A stretch of DNA of 64,000 nucleotides from an uncultured Erysipelotrichaceae bacterium (GCA_900314865.1 OMWW01000001.1:1457-65456), one strand, 5' to 3'; positions 45,024-56,146 are shown, counted from the first letter of the stretch. The notes: a model not told the origin generated them from the letters alone. A program made the numbers and translations.

Positions 45024-47675
45024 TTATTTAAGAGTTTCGTAGTGGTATCCATCGTAGTCAAACTCTGCAGATATGTAATATTCGTAACTAGATTCTTCAT
45101 CTACATATTTACTAACACGGAGATTACTCACTGTAACTGTTTCAGTGTCATTCATACTAATTGAAGTATTCCAACTACTTCCCAAAACATTGAATTCAAC
45201 TGTCGCGTAGTAAGTATAAGATGCTCTACAAGTGAATGTTTCTGCTTCAAAGATTCCGTCTTCATCAAATTCTGCATTGCTTAAATCCATGTTTAATGCG
45301 ATATAAGAAAGTTTAAGTTCTTCTTCAGCAATGGCAATGTAATGGTATACTTCTCCGTTATATGTAAATGTACCGGTTCCAGCTACGCTAGCAACAAATT
45401 CTGGAAGAGCTTCTTCGTTGAAATAATTCATGCCACTGTTGAAGAAGGATAATTGATAAACACCATAATCGACATCCGATCTACGGGCAGTGATATATTG
45501 TTTGAATTGTTTGCCAACAACACCAAAAGCCCATTTTTCCATTTGAAATGAAAGAGCTTCATCTGGATTATCAATGTCATAAGCAAAGCAAGGAACATAA
45601 ACTTCTCTAACTAATTCTTCTTTGGTGGTGTATCTGGCTTTAAAGAGGTTCCAACCTTTATGTGCTTCACCACTTACGGAGACATAACGGCTTTCTGCAC
45701 CGAAGTAAGCACCCATATCAAGAGATAAATTTACTTCTCCGGCAGGATAAATGGCTTCAGTTAAGTCATATGTGGAGATAAATCCACTGGAGTAGTAATA
45801 ACTTAAATTAGTGCCAATGGCATCACCAGTGATAATCTTTTTAATCGCAACTGGAGATGACGCTGTATATTTTGTGTTAATACCTTCGACAGTGTATTCA
45901 AATGTCATCATAGTAAGACCAGCGTACCTAGCGTCAACACTTACGTTGAAATTAATGTTTTCTGGTAATGACTTAAATGAGAAGGATTCATTGATTTCGT
46001 TACTCGTATCATAGATATAACCATAACCTTCAATTTCACCACTGAGTAATTTTGATTTTAATTCATCACCAGTGATACCTGCTGGAAGGTAACTGCTGTA
46101 TAAATAACCATTCACATGTACATATGGTTGGGAGCCAGAACCACTGCCACCATCAAGAGTGTCAAAGGCTTGACCAATTTTTTCTTCATATTTCTCTGGG
46201 ACATCTGCTACTACTTGCATGATATTTGAGATGGCTTGTGCGCTGGTTGGATCAGTCATAGATGTAATATTGACGATATTTTCAGCAACTGTATCTAAAA
46301 TCTTAAGGACATCAATACCAAAGAGATTACCAACATCCGCTAATAATCCTCTTTCAGTCGCGCCGATAGCTTTAATGACATCAGCAATACCTTGTTTCTT
46401 ACTAATTAATAAGGATAAGAGGTAACTAATATCGCTATAATTTTCAAGGATATTCTTGTAATCTTCTTCAGTGAATAAACCTAATAAGTTATTTAATAAG
46501 TTACCAACAGCGATAACGTGATCTGCGGTAAGAACTTTAAGAGATTCTTCAAATTTGAGAAGGTCTGCTCTTTGTTCTTCATTTTGATTTAATGTTTTCT
46601 TTAAGATTGGGAAAACGGCATCTTTTACTGTAGAAACGATGAGTTCCGCGTTCTTTCTATCTTGTAAAAGAACATAAACAATATTTTTGAAATCTTCTAA
46701 TTTTAATAATTCAAGAGGATTAAATGATTTGAGTGCAGTTCTTTTTAATGAATAGAACATTTGACTGCCAACAATAAGAGTTTCGATAGGATTACTAGTG
46801 TTAATACTTCCGTAAATGGCGTCCACCATTTCAACGAGTCTTTCTTCACCAATCGCGCCTCTTAATTGCTCAAGCATTCTCACAAAACCTAATTGAGTTT
46901 TGCCATCAATCATTTCCGCGATTTCTAATGTTTCTTCAGATGCGATAACGCCAAATGAAATACTTCTATTTTGATAGTCTTTGTATTCTTCAGAAACAAC
47001 GAGGTTATCAAATTCATTCTTATATGTATTCACTAAAGATGTGAAATTAGAATCGTTAACAGTGCTAGCAATCTTTTCTAAGCGTTCAAGATCACTATAT
47101 TTAACTCCACCGATATCATAAGAACCTAAATATTCTTTTTCATAAACAGTAAAGAACTTATCGCTTATTTCACCTAAGAATTTAATCAAGTTTACAAATC
47201 TGATTTCTTTAAGAAGTTGTAATTCTTCATCAAGAAATCCAACAACAAAATGAGCGTCATAGCCTCTAGTGCTTCTTGCTTCATTCATGATTTTGAATAA
47301 AAGAATAATAACGTTATTAGAAACACCATATTTCTTTGCGGAAGCTTCTAATTCTTCGTAAGCGCTTTCAAGAACTCTTCCACCCCATTTTGTGATGAAT
47401 TCATCAAGAGCGGCTTTCGCTTCATCGCTAAGACCTTCTTCATCAATATCAGTAGGAGTGTCTTCGCTTGGAAGTTCTTCTGGAATATCCTCTGGCTCTG
47501 GTACATCCTCTGGTTTATCAGGATCTGGAATTACAGGAGTAGGAACATCAGGTTCAACAGGTGTTGGATTATTTCCTCCACCGCCTCCTCCACTTACTCC
47601 GCCACCACAGCTAGAGAAAAGTAAAGATGCTGCCAATATTAAACCAGCAACAAGATTTTTGGATTTCTTTTTCAT
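45024..47675 (-). CDS. Large lipoprotein (883 aa) with Gly-rich and Pro/Glu/Asp-rich linker after the lipobox; unknown function
   Basis: Lipobox LLFSSCGGG; low-complexity linker PTPVEPDVPTPVIPDPDKPEDVPEPEDIPEE; no recognisable catalytic motif. Confidence 0.5.
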   Translation of the reverse strand: MKKKSKNLVAGLILAASLLFSSCGGGVSGGGGGGNNPTPVEPDVPTPVIPDPDKPEDVPEPEDIPEELPSEDTPTDIDEEGLSDEAKAALDEFITKWGGRVLESAYEELEASAKKYGVSNNVIILLFKIMNEARSTRGYDAHFVVGFLDEELQLLKEIRFVNLIKFLGEISDKFFTVYEKEYLGSYDIGGVKYSDLERLEKIASTVNDSNFTSLVNTYKNEFDNLVVSEEYKDYQNRSISFGVIASEETLEIAEMIDGKTQLGFVRMLEQLRGAIGEERLVEMVDAIYGSINTSNPIETLIVGSQMFYSLKRTALKSFNPLELLKLEDFKNIVYVLLQDRKNAELIVSTVKDAVFPILKKTLNQNEEQRADLLKFEESLKVLTADHVIAVGNLLNNLLGLFTEEDYKNILENYSDISYLLSLLISKKQGIADVIKAIGATERGLLADVGNLFGIDVLKILDTVAENIVNITSMTDPTSAQAISNIMQVVADVPEKYEEKIGQAFDTLDGGSGSGSQPYVHVNGYLYSSYLPAGITGDELKSKLLSGEIEGYGYIYDTSNEINESFSFKSLPENINFNVSVDARYAGLTMMTFEYTVEGINTKYTASSPVAIKKIITGDAIGTNLSYYYSSGFISTYDLTEAIYPAGEVNLSLDMGAYFGAESRYVSVSGEAHKGWNLFKARYTTKEELVREVYVPCFAYDIDNPDEALSFQMEKWAFGVVGKQFKQYITARRSDVDYGVYQLSFFNSGMNYFNEEALPEFVASVAGTGTFTYNGEVYHYIAIAEEELKLSYIALNMDLSNAEFDEDGIFEAETFTCRASYTYYATVEFNVLGSSWNTSISMNDTETVTVSNLRVSKYVDEESSYEYYISAEFDYDGYHYETLK

Positions 47676-47845
47676 ATCAATTTATACCTCGATAACTATT
47701 TTAATAATATTACTTGATAATTAATTATTCAAGTATAGCTATAAGAAAAGTACCCCTTCTCCTATCTAGGGTTTGGGGTACTTCTTTTCTATGTTTTATA
47801 AAATAAAGGACATCCCTAATTAATATTTTTTAAATATTATGACGA

Positions 47846-50554
47846 TTAATTGTGCTTTTTCTTCTTAAGAATAAGTAACACGCTTAAGGATAAGACGGCA
47901 ACAGAAGAGATAGCAATAATGACAACGATATAACTGTTGTTGGATTCAATAGTTAAGTTATTGTAATGGATAGACATTGGTGTTCTACCATTAATGAAAT
48001 TGCTTAAACCATATTTACCAGTTAAGAAGTCGTATCTCGCCATTGCTTGTTCAACAACATTGCCTCCTTCGTCTCTAGCAGCTTCAGCTAAAAGTTCTTT
48101 TTGGTCTGAAGAAAGTGATGGGTATTTATCAGCACTTGCTAAATCTGACCAAATAGCAACTAAAGCAGCTTTATAAGCATTGTAGTTGTATGAAGGATCT
48201 TTATCACCAGGATATGCGCTACAAGCATCGTCTGTTTGATCAAGTAAGTCTTGAGCAAAATCAGAAGCTAAATAATCAGTTTTAGCCTCAATTAAGCCAA
48301 CCATTGTAAGTTGGAAATTGTTGTACCAAGAAGTAAAGCCATTAAGAGTAATTTCAGTGCCGTTATCTAAAGAATCTTTTAAGGATGCAAGAACTTCTGA
48401 AGTTTGACTCGCTTTTTTATAATAAACAGTGAATGTATTAGCACCAACGGTGAATGTGAATTGAACATCACTTGCAGCTGGTTCTTGTTCGAAACTACCC
48501 TTTGTAGGTTCCGCCGCAACGACGCCACTAGCGTTTGTGGATCTATTAGCTTCAGCCGCTGTTTCACTACCAGTTGTAATATGAACGATTGGTTCATCAA
48601 TATCAGCGCTTGCTACAGTTTCACATGTATATGATTTAACTTCATATAAACCATTATAAATATCAATAGTTCCTGCTGTAACATGGATAATTGTTTTTCC
48701 AACAGTCCATCCTGAAACATCTTGAGATGAATTGTATAACATAATACCATATTCACCATCCATAATGATTGGGCCACTACCAGTTGCAAATCCAACATAA
48801 TATCCATAGAATTCGCCAGTAGCTGCTCCTTTTGCTTTGGAATATAAAGCTTGGATTGGGTTGACTCTTGTAACAGAGACTGATTGTGCTGGGCTAGAAT
48901 CTGATTTTCCACCAAATGTTGCTGTAGCAACGACACTTTCAACATTAAGTGCTGGTGCCGCTGGTTCATAGCTCCATTCAATATTAGATGAAACTACTGC
49001 TTCGTATCCTGTTGAATATGAGGCAGTAACAACTAATCCTGCAGGAGACCATGAATCGCTGGTTGTGTATTCAGTTTTATCCATAGAACCAGAAACTTCA
49101 ATGCTATCAACGCTACCAACATTGATTGTTAGAACGAAAACACCATCATTAAAGCCGTCGGCAGAAGCGATAATATTCGCTGTTCCTGGGCCAACTGGTG
49201 TCACAACACCAACATTGTTGCCGTTTTTACTGACAGTAAAGACAGCTTCATTACTTGAAGACCATTCAGCATCAATATCATTTCCTTCGCTATCATTTGC
49301 ATAGAATAAACCAGTATTTGCATATGAAATTGTTGTAGGAGATGGAGTAGCATCATTTAATAAAATATTCAAAGTTTCTTTTGATGGATCAGATTCTTCG
49401 TAATTAATTGTAAGACCGAGAACTTGACCATTGTTGGCATTACCTAAAGTAATGCAGAAATATCTAGCGTTAACGACATCACAATTAAATACATGACTGT
49501 TCCCACCAGTAATATTGACAGCACCAACACCAGCAGTCGCAACTGTAAATTCAGAAGCTCCAAATGCAACATCATATGTTGTGGCACCCGCAGCACCCGA
49601 ATTAATAAAAACTTCAACACTGGTAATGTTGCCAGGAATTGCAGTGTGATTAGAAATGAGTGGATTAACGCTCTTTGTCATAAGCATTGCACTGCCTTGT
49701 TTTTTACATTGAATATAATTCAATGTGTATGTTTCAGAAGTTAAACTATCAACAACATCAACAGTTTGGAGATCCGCACTTGCTGTAGAGCCAATGCTTG
49801 ATCCAATATTAGTAAGAGTAACGCATGTTGGAGCATCCATCCAAATAGCAAACAAGTCTAAATCATCTTTTGGGGTGGCACCAACAGCATAATCATCACC
49901 ATTGCCATCGGCAGATGTGTTCCAACGTTCAAATACTTTTCCGTCTGGAGCAGTAAATGAGCATGCTGCAACAGCTGGATTCGCTGAAACGGTATCTTCC
50001 ATTTCACCAGAACCGCCATTTGCATCATAAGTAATGGTGTAATTAGTGACTTCTCCACCCGCTACATAAGTGATTGAGAAATCTGAAATTCTAGCTTGGT
50101 TCGATTTGGCTGTTAAAGTGAAGCTTGCTGCATCACCAGTCCAAGTGCCATCTTTAGCGTCGCCAGCCAAATAGCCAGTGCCAGTTAAACAACCAGGACC
50201 ATATTTTGTTGTGCCGTTAGCTGTACAAGTTAAAGTTGCGCTTGTAATATTTCCTGCGCTACAAGAAATGGTAACAGATGCACCCTTATAGACACGGACA
50301 GATTCAGAAGCATTAAAGCCACTAGGTGCAATACCATCTACAGTAATAGTAAAGACATCATAAGTACCACTAGTGCTAGCTGCAGCTGTAGTAGCCATGC
50401 TACTGATATCGGTATGACTAAATGTAACTGTTGTAGGATCAGCAGCTTTAACTTCTTCAACTTTTCTGGAACCTGAATTAGCAGCAACCCCAACTCCGAC
50501 TGCCATCGCTAGTCCAACGCTTAACGCGGCAATCTTTGAAAAAAGTTTGTTCAT
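47846..50554 (-). CDS. Large secreted surface protein (902 aa) with Ig-like beta-sandwich domains and C-terminal TM anchor; unknown function
   Basis: Signal peptide MNKLFSKIAALSVGLAMAVGVGVAA; T/S/G-rich beta-strand composition; C-terminal hydrophobic helix followed by KKKKHN. Confidence 0.5.
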   Translation of the reverse strand: MNKLFSKIAALSVGLAMAVGVGVAANSGSRKVEEVKAADPTTVTFSHTDISSMATTAAASTSGTYDVFTITVDGIAPSGFNASESVRVYKGASVTISCSAGNITSATLTCTANGTTKYGPGCLTGTGYLAGDAKDGTWTGDAASFTLTAKSNQARISDFSITYVAGGEVTNYTITYDANGGSGEMEDTVSANPAVAACSFTAPDGKVFERWNTSADGNGDDYAVGATPKDDLDLFAIWMDAPTCVTLTNIGSSIGSTASADLQTVDVVDSLTSETYTLNYIQCKKQGSAMLMTKSVNPLISNHTAIPGNITSVEVFINSGAAGATTYDVAFGASEFTVATAGVGAVNITGGNSHVFNCDVVNARYFCITLGNANNGQVLGLTINYEESDPSKETLNILLNDATPSPTTISYANTGLFYANDSEGNDIDAEWSSSNEAVFTVSKNGNNVGVVTPVGPGTANIIASADGFNDGVFVLTINVGSVDSIEVSGSMDKTEYTTSDSWSPAGLVVTASYSTGYEAVVSSNIEWSYEPAAPALNVESVVATATFGGKSDSSPAQSVSVTRVNPIQALYSKAKGAATGEFYGYYVGFATGSGPIIMDGEYGIMLYNSSQDVSGWTVGKTIIHVTAGTIDIYNGLYEVKSYTCETVASADIDEPIVHITTGSETAAEANRSTNASGVVAAEPTKGSFEQEPAASDVQFTFTVGANTFTVYYKKASQTSEVLASLKDSLDNGTEITLNGFTSWYNNFQLTMVGLIEAKTDYLASDFAQDLLDQTDDACSAYPGDKDPSYNYNAYKAALVAIWSDLASADKYPSLSSDQKELLAEAARDEGGNVVEQAMARYDFLTGKYGLSNFINGRTPMSIHYNNLTIESNNSYIVVIIAISSVAVLSLSVLLILKKKKHN

Positions 50555-50884
50555 TTTTTCTTTTCCTTTCCGCTCTTACGATAAAGAGCTAATTTGAACA
50601 AATGATACAAACCAAAGAAATATTCGATACATGCAAAGAAAATATTTTGCGCATTAATATTTAATTCACTTATTTTAGAATATTAGGTTTGTTCTCAAAT
50701 ATCTTACCTTTATATTGTAATATAGGCAACAAGAAAAAATAGTCATATCTATAGATGCAAAAAAGAAAGGGCGGAAACCCGCCCTCTCGTTGATTGATAA
50801 TGATTAATAATTATTTAAGATAATAATAGTGGTATTCACCATAGTCAAAACGAATCTGACCTAGTAATAATTGTATAGTAGAGG

Positions 50885-51937
50885 TTATTTCTTAACTTCG
50901 ATATCTTTAGAAAGTTCTTTTTGTTCTTCAGTGAACTCTTGAACTTTCTTTTCAGTTTTCTTACTAACTGTGTCAGGTTTATCATCTTCACCCATATGAA
51001 CAACGAGTTGATTGAATGGAATACCGATGTTGTTATCATCAAAAAGAATCTTAATTTCTCTATTCATATCACGTTGAACTTGGTAGATGTCATCTTCCTT
51101 ACATTTAGCAACAAAAAGCAAATTCACTGAACTTTCTGCAAGTTCTGAGACACCTTTATAGAATGGACCTTCCACGATTGCAGGGATTTTTTCTTTGAGT
51201 TTATCAATGTTATCCGCAATTACTGCTTCCACATTTTCAATACGTGTTCCATAACTAATTGCGACATAGCATTTCGCCACTGAGAGTTCTTTAGTTTGGT
51301 TAATGATAGTTTTGATTTCACTATTATTGATGATTTTGATGTTTCCACCAGCGTCAATTAGTTTTGTGGTTCTCACTCCAATAGAGATAACTTCACCTCT
51401 CCAACCATCGATGATGACGATATCGCCTACTTGGAAATCACCTTCAAAGACGATAAAGATACCCGCTAAAATGTCAGCGACAAGAGCTTGAGAACCAAGA
51501 CCAATGATAAGAGTGAAGACTCCAGCAGATGCTAACATCATTGTGGTATTTGCGCCCCAGGCTGCTAAAACAAAGAAGACGGTAGCAATTGCGATAACCC
51601 ATTTAAGAAAGTTAACGATTAACTTAGAAACGGTTTTGCCTTTTTTCGTATGGAATGTAATCTTTGCAAGATAATGAAGCGCGACCGCTAAACCAATTGC
51701 AATTGCGATGATTTGGATAGTCTTCAAACATGATGGAAGGATGTTACTCCAAATATAAAGGACTGTTCCATTAGAAATGTTTGGAGCGTGTTCCCTAATT
51801 CCATTAGAGATGTCGTTTTGGAATACATAGAATAGGATAGTTGCAATAACAATAAGACCAAATAAACACCAACCGACAATTAGTCTTACTCGGTTTTCGT
51901 CTTTAGTAACAACCTTTTCTTTCTTTTCTTTTGCCAT
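50885..51937 (-). CDS. Small-conductance mechanosensitive channel (MscS family)
   Basis: Three TM helices, then the MscS beta-domain block GDFQVGDIVIIDGWRGEVISIGVRTTKLIDAGGNIKIINNSEI. Confidence 0.8.
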   Translation of the reverse strand: MAKEKKEKVVTKDENRVRLIVGWCLFGLIVIATILFYVFQNDISNGIREHAPNISNGTVLYIWSNILPSCLKTIQIIAIAIGLAVALHYLAKITFHTKKGKTVSKLIVNFLKWVIAIATVFFVLAAWGANTTMMLASAGVFTLIIGLGSQALVADILAGIFIVFEGDFQVGDIVIIDGWRGEVISIGVRTTKLIDAGGNIKIINNSEIKTIINQTKELSVAKCYVAISYGTRIENVEAVIADNIDKLKEKIPAIVEGPFYKGVSELAESSVNLLFVAKCKEDDIYQVQRDMNREIKILFDDNNIGIPFNQLVVHMGEDDKPDTVSKKTEKKVQEFTEEQKELSKDIEVKK

Positions 51938-51961
51938 AAAAATAACCTCCTAGTTTATGGT

Positions 51962-53923
51962 TTATATGTTCGTAAACGTGATCGTGTTATTATCAGGAAC
52001 ATAACTATCTTCCCCTTCGTCCACGTCTACGTAACTAATGTAGTATGTATATTCGATGTTTTCATAGATTGGTGATTCATCAAAATCAAATGAAACAGTT
52101 TGTCTATCTGTAGTTTTACTTAGATCGTATGTGTATGACACTGTATCACTAGTGGCAGCGTCTTCGTAATATAACGTGATGGTTAATCCTTCCTCACTTA
52201 TAGCGTTGAAGTCATCAACATATCCTAAGGTGAGATAGAATAAACCAGTTTCAAAATCAGCGGCACTTTCAATATTCACTCCATTGAATTCAGTGACACG
52301 GTTATAGATATCTTCTAATTGGACTTCGCCACTGAAGGATTGGTCTTGAACAAGGTTTCCACAGTCATAATAAGATAAATCATAAGAAATAAGAGAATGT
52401 GTACGTAAAATTATTGGTGCACCTGTTCTATCCACTAAAGTAATTTGTTGGGTTTCTGTGGTCTTTTCTAATTCGTATTGAGAGAAGATGTTACCGGCAG
52501 TGATATTAAGATAGATACGATCAAAATGGTCTAATTCATCAACATAAGTTAAAGTGACATCAATAACGTTAGATGATAAATCAGCGGTTGGAGAGATATG
52601 CACTCCACCAAATTCGCTTGGAGAAGCACCGCTCGTGTCAGTGAATGTCACTTCTGCGTAATGATCAAACATGATTGGATCAGCTTGATTACTATCAGTG
52701 GCAAATAAGGAGATATCAAACATTTTGTTTGGATCAGAGAAATCAAAAAGCTTATTTCCGTCAACATAACCACTGATGGTTTGAACGGTGCTCACTTCAT
52801 TAATTGGATAATCATGTGTTTCAAGAGTGTCACTTATTTCAATATAGAAATTAGTGAACCTTCCGTTTGGATCATAATAATCAAGTTGAATATCAAAACT
52901 ATTGTTTAAGAAGTTAGCTTCTCTATTGAAATTATATAAACCTAAAACTTCACCATTTTTGTCGTAAAACTCAACAGAACCCGTCTGTTCTTCTATTCTT
53001 TCACCTTCATAATCATATGAGAAAACATAATTATATCTAAGGTGTTCATTAAATGATTGAAGAGGGTTATCTGTGTCATCAGGAATCTCATCACCACAGA
53101 TGGTTTGAATTCCGTCTATCTTTTCAAGTAGATAAGTTCTTGAGAAATCACCAAATTGATCAGTCATTGTTAACGCTAAATTATCAATGAGACCTTTTTC
53201 ATCGTAGTAATAAACTTCAAGGTCAAAGCTATTGTTATCAAAGTCAGCCTCTAGTGGCATGATGATACCAGCGTAAGAGCTTGATTCATAAGGTTTAGTC
53301 CTCACAGTAGTTGTATAGATTACTGTGTTTTCAATCTTCTCATTCACGAGAGGTTCTTTTTTAACTGTGATTGTGTATTCAGTATCAGGCATCAAATCAT
53401 AGAACTCACCAGTGTTAGTGCCTTCTTGCAAGTCATAATAAGAAAGATATCCATCAGGGAAATCACTATATTCCGGTCTATTTTCGTCATAAACAAAATT
53501 TCCTTCCACCCAAATCTTGTAATTGTCATTGAGTGAATTTGTTAATTCGAGTTCATAAACGATTGAATATTCAGTAACTTCTAAATTTTTAAATTCACAT
53601 TTTGCAACAAAAAGATTGATTCCCACTAAAGTTGAGATTGTAACAACTGTTACAACACTTGCAGCGGCAACAACACCAGTTGAAGCGGTTGTGATGGTTT
53701 TTATCTTATCGGAATCAACGATTTGATGAGATGTTTTTGGCTTCTTAATTTTGTTTTCACTAACATCATCATTAATTGTTTTTGTTTCGTTGAGATCTAA
53801 CTTAACTTTATCAGGGTTACCCGAAAAACGAGAATATTCAGTCTTCTGAGTCTTCCCATATTCGACCCCTCTAATCTGTTTATCGTTAGTTATTTCAACT
53901 TTGTTAAACTCGTCATTACGCAT
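51962..53923 (-). CDS. N-terminally anchored surface protein with four ~100-aa internal repeats; unknown function
   Basis: TM helix ITTASTGVVAAASVVTVVTISTLVGINLFVA; repeats share the pattern F(D/Y)(L/I)..(Y/L)YY(D/E)..G..(D/T)N(L/F). Confidence 0.45.
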   Translation of the reverse strand: MRNDEFNKVEITNDKQIRGVEYGKTQKTEYSRFSGNPDKVKLDLNETKTINDDVSENKIKKPKTSHQIVDSDKIKTITTASTGVVAAASVVTVVTISTLVGINLFVAKCEFKNLEVTEYSIVYELELTNSLNDNYKIWVEGNFVYDENRPEYSDFPDGYLSYYDLQEGTNTGEFYDLMPDTEYTITVKKEPLVNEKIENTVIYTTTVRTKPYESSSYAGIIMPLEADFDNNSFDLEVYYYDEKGLIDNLALTMTDQFGDFSRTYLLEKIDGIQTICGDEIPDDTDNPLQSFNEHLRYNYVFSYDYEGERIEEQTGSVEFYDKNGEVLGLYNFNREANFLNNSFDIQLDYYDPNGRFTNFYIEISDTLETHDYPINEVSTVQTISGYVDGNKLFDFSDPNKMFDISLFATDSNQADPIMFDHYAEVTFTDTSGASPSEFGGVHISPTADLSSNVIDVTLTYVDELDHFDRIYLNITAGNIFSQYELEKTTETQQITLVDRTGAPIILRTHSLISYDLSYYDCGNLVQDQSFSGEVQLEDIYNRVTEFNGVNIESAADFETGLFYLTLGYVDDFNAISEEGLTITLYYEDAATSDTVSYTYDLSKTTDRQTVSFDFDESPIYENIEYTYYISYVDVDEGEDSYVPDNNTITFTNI

Positions 53924-54005
53924 AATGATATATTCATTATTTATTTAATTAAACTTAAAGTCAAAAAGTATAGATATTTTTGGTTTAAATGATATGATTT
54001 AAATA

Positions 54006-55190
54006 ATGAAACACGGAAACAGAATAAAGCTGAAGGACCGTACTTTAGAAAACGACATTAAGTATCGTGGTTTTATTTCCTATCGATATTTAAGAATTAT
54101 CGCTTGGTTATTTTTGATATTCGCTCAATGTGCGGCCATCATTAAGTTCAACATGTCTGTCAATAAGGCTAGTGTTCCTTATGTACAAGGAGCATTTAAC
54201 TTCTTTGATTGGTTTGCTTATCTCCCACTTCCTTTATTCTTAGTGGCGAACTTTGCGTACATCCTTCAACATCGTAACAAAATCAAACACCTATTATTTT
54301 TCTATGGTGCAATTTGTTTACTGATTTACGCTGCGGCAAACTTTGTCACTCTCCACTATTTACATGGAATCGTTGCGACATTTAAACCAGATGTAACATA
54401 TTATCAATCATCAAAATTTGCTGGCCACTTATTCATAAATATGGGCCAAACCGGATATGTCTTTAATATCTTTATTGACTTATTTTTATGTACATTAATC
54501 ATTTTCTTTATTTTCTATACACCTAAAAAATTCTTTACTGGTAAGAAAATACACATCTTTAGATGGATGGTGCTTTTACCATTACTATACGAAATAGCGG
54601 GCGTCGCTATTAAGCTATGCTATTTCACTGGTGATATCACACAAGTCCCATCTTTCTTATTCTTCCTATTACCAAGTAAACCTCCACTAATGTTTTTATC
54701 ATTCTTCGTTTTGGTGTTACTTATGAAATACGCAGAATTCAGACGTAGAAAACATCAAGATCCAGAATTCTACAAAGAACACATTAAGACCAATGCGCAT
54801 TCGTTAAGAGTGTCCATTATCATGATGATTATCTTCATTCTCATGGGAATCATTGATATCGTCGCTTATATCATTACTACTGCGCTTATCATTACTAGAT
54901 TCAATGTTCCAGAAATGAACGAAACAGTTTTAATGGTAGGCATGTCTATCGCGCAAGAAACTGGATTTGGTAAAACCGCTGTATTTATTCTTATCGCTCC
55001 ATTTATGCTCTTATTCTCATATAACAAGTCGCATAAAAATCCAAAGATCGATACCTTTATCCCGATTGCCGCAATTGCTATTATCGTTATCGTGTACTTA
55101 GAAGGTTTCTTCCAAGTCTTCACACATAACGTACCTCAATTACTCGATAAAATACGCGAATTCTTCGACAATCTTTTAGGCGGAGAATAA
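54006..55190 (+). CDS. Polytopic membrane protein (~9-10 TM), unknown function
   Basis: Hydrophobicity only. Confidence 0.4.
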   Translation: MKHGNRIKLKDRTLENDIKYRGFISYRYLRIIAWLFLIFAQCAAIIKFNMSVNKASVPYVQGAFNFFDWFAYLPLPLFLVANFAYILQHRNKIKHLLFFYGAICLLIYAAANFVTLHYLHGIVATFKPDVTYYQSSKFAGHLFINMGQTGYVFNIFIDLFLCTLIIFFIFYTPKKFFTGKKIHIFRWMVLLPLLYEIAGVAIKLCYFTGDITQVPSFLFFLLPSKPPLMFLSFFVLVLLMKYAEFRRRKHQDPEFYKEHIKTNAHSLRVSIIMMIIFILMGIIDIVAYIITTALIITRFNVPEMNETVLMVGMSIAQETGFGKTAVFILIAPFMLLFSYNKSHKNPKIDTFIPIAAIAIIVIVYLEGFFQVFTHNVPQLLDKIREFFDNLLGGE

Positions 55191-55196
55191 TACTTA

Positions 55197-55922
55197 ATGA
55201 ATATTGAAATTGAAAGACTACAACATCTTATCAATACTTCTAAGAATGTAGTCTTTTTTGGTGGTGCGGGGGTGTCCACTGAAAGTGGTATTAAAGACTT
55301 TAGAAGCAAAGAGGGATTATATAATCTACAAAGCAAATATGGCCGTCCATATGAAGAAATGCTTTCACATACCTATTTCATGAATCATACAGAAACATTC
55401 TATAAGTTTTATCGTGAATTCATGATTAATCTTGACGCTAAACCTAATGAGGCTCATAAATACCTTGCAGAGCTCGAAAAGCGAAAGAACCTCACTATAA
55501 TCACTCAAAATATTGATGGATTGCATCAATTAGCAGGTTCTAAAAACGTCTTAGAATTACATGGTTCTATTCATCGTAATTATTGTATGAGATGTCATCG
55601 ATTATTTAACCTTGATGACATATTAAAAATGGATACAGTTCCTATTTGCCCTAACTGTAATGGCCTTATAAAGCCAGATGTTGTTTTATATGAAGAAGGG
55701 TTAGACCAAGACACTTTAGAAGCTTCTGTTAAAGCTTTATATAACGCAGATTTATTAATCGTAGCAGGGACATCGTTACGCGTTTATCCTGCAAGCGGAT
55801 TAATCCATTACTATAGAGGCACAAATATTGTCGTAATAAATAAAGAACACCTTTCCTTAGGTGAACATGTAACATTAGAAATTAATGAACCTGTTGGAAA
55901 AGTGTTCTCTCAGTTAAAGTAA
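55197..55922 (+). CDS. cobB: NAD-dependent protein deacylase, Sir2/CobB family
   Basis: GAGVSTESGI(K)DFRS NAD-binding motif; zinc tetrad CxxC...CxxC (CMRCH...CPNC); HGS catalytic His block. Confidence 0.85.
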   Translation: MNIEIERLQHLINTSKNVVFFGGAGVSTESGIKDFRSKEGLYNLQSKYGRPYEEMLSHTYFMNHTETFYKFYREFMINLDAKPNEAHKYLAELEKRKNLTIITQNIDGLHQLAGSKNVLELHGSIHRNYCMRCHRLFNLDDILKMDTVPICPNCNGLIKPDVVLYEEGLDQDTLEASVKALYNADLLIVAGTSLRVYPASGLIHYYRGTNIVVINKEHLSLGEHVTLEINEPVGKVFSQLK

Positions 55923-56146
55923 GTTGGAATGGAGTTGAACTCTTCTAAAGAGATATCAAATCCTTCCATTTCTTTTTTAGCAGCCCCAATTCTTTTGCTG
56001 TTTATATTAGAAACGCAATCCACTGGGGTAATTTTCAAAAGTGGCTTACCATCTTTATAAACGTAAACAACTTTTTCTTTACCATCAACTAAATCTTGGA
56101 CGATTGTTTCTAGATTGTTTTGAGCTTCAATTACACTAACATTCAT
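55910..56146 (-). CDS. Phd/YefM- or VapB-type antitoxin-like protein, orphan (no toxin gene downstream)
   Basis: MNVSVIEAQNNLETIVQDLVDGKEKVVYVYKDGKPLLKITPVD...SKRIGAAKKEMEGFDIS follows the antitoxin pattern (i.eAkt.Ls.l...v..GE.v.it..GKP.a.L.P.....krr.G.lkG...DFD); start at 56146 with RBS GAAGGTGGTGA. 3' end overlaps the convergent sirtuin gene by 13 nt. Confidence 0.5.
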   Translation of the reverse strand: MNVSVIEAQNNLETIVQDLVDGKEKVVYVYKDGKPLLKITPVDCVSNINSKRIGAAKKEMEGFDISLEEFNSIPTYFN

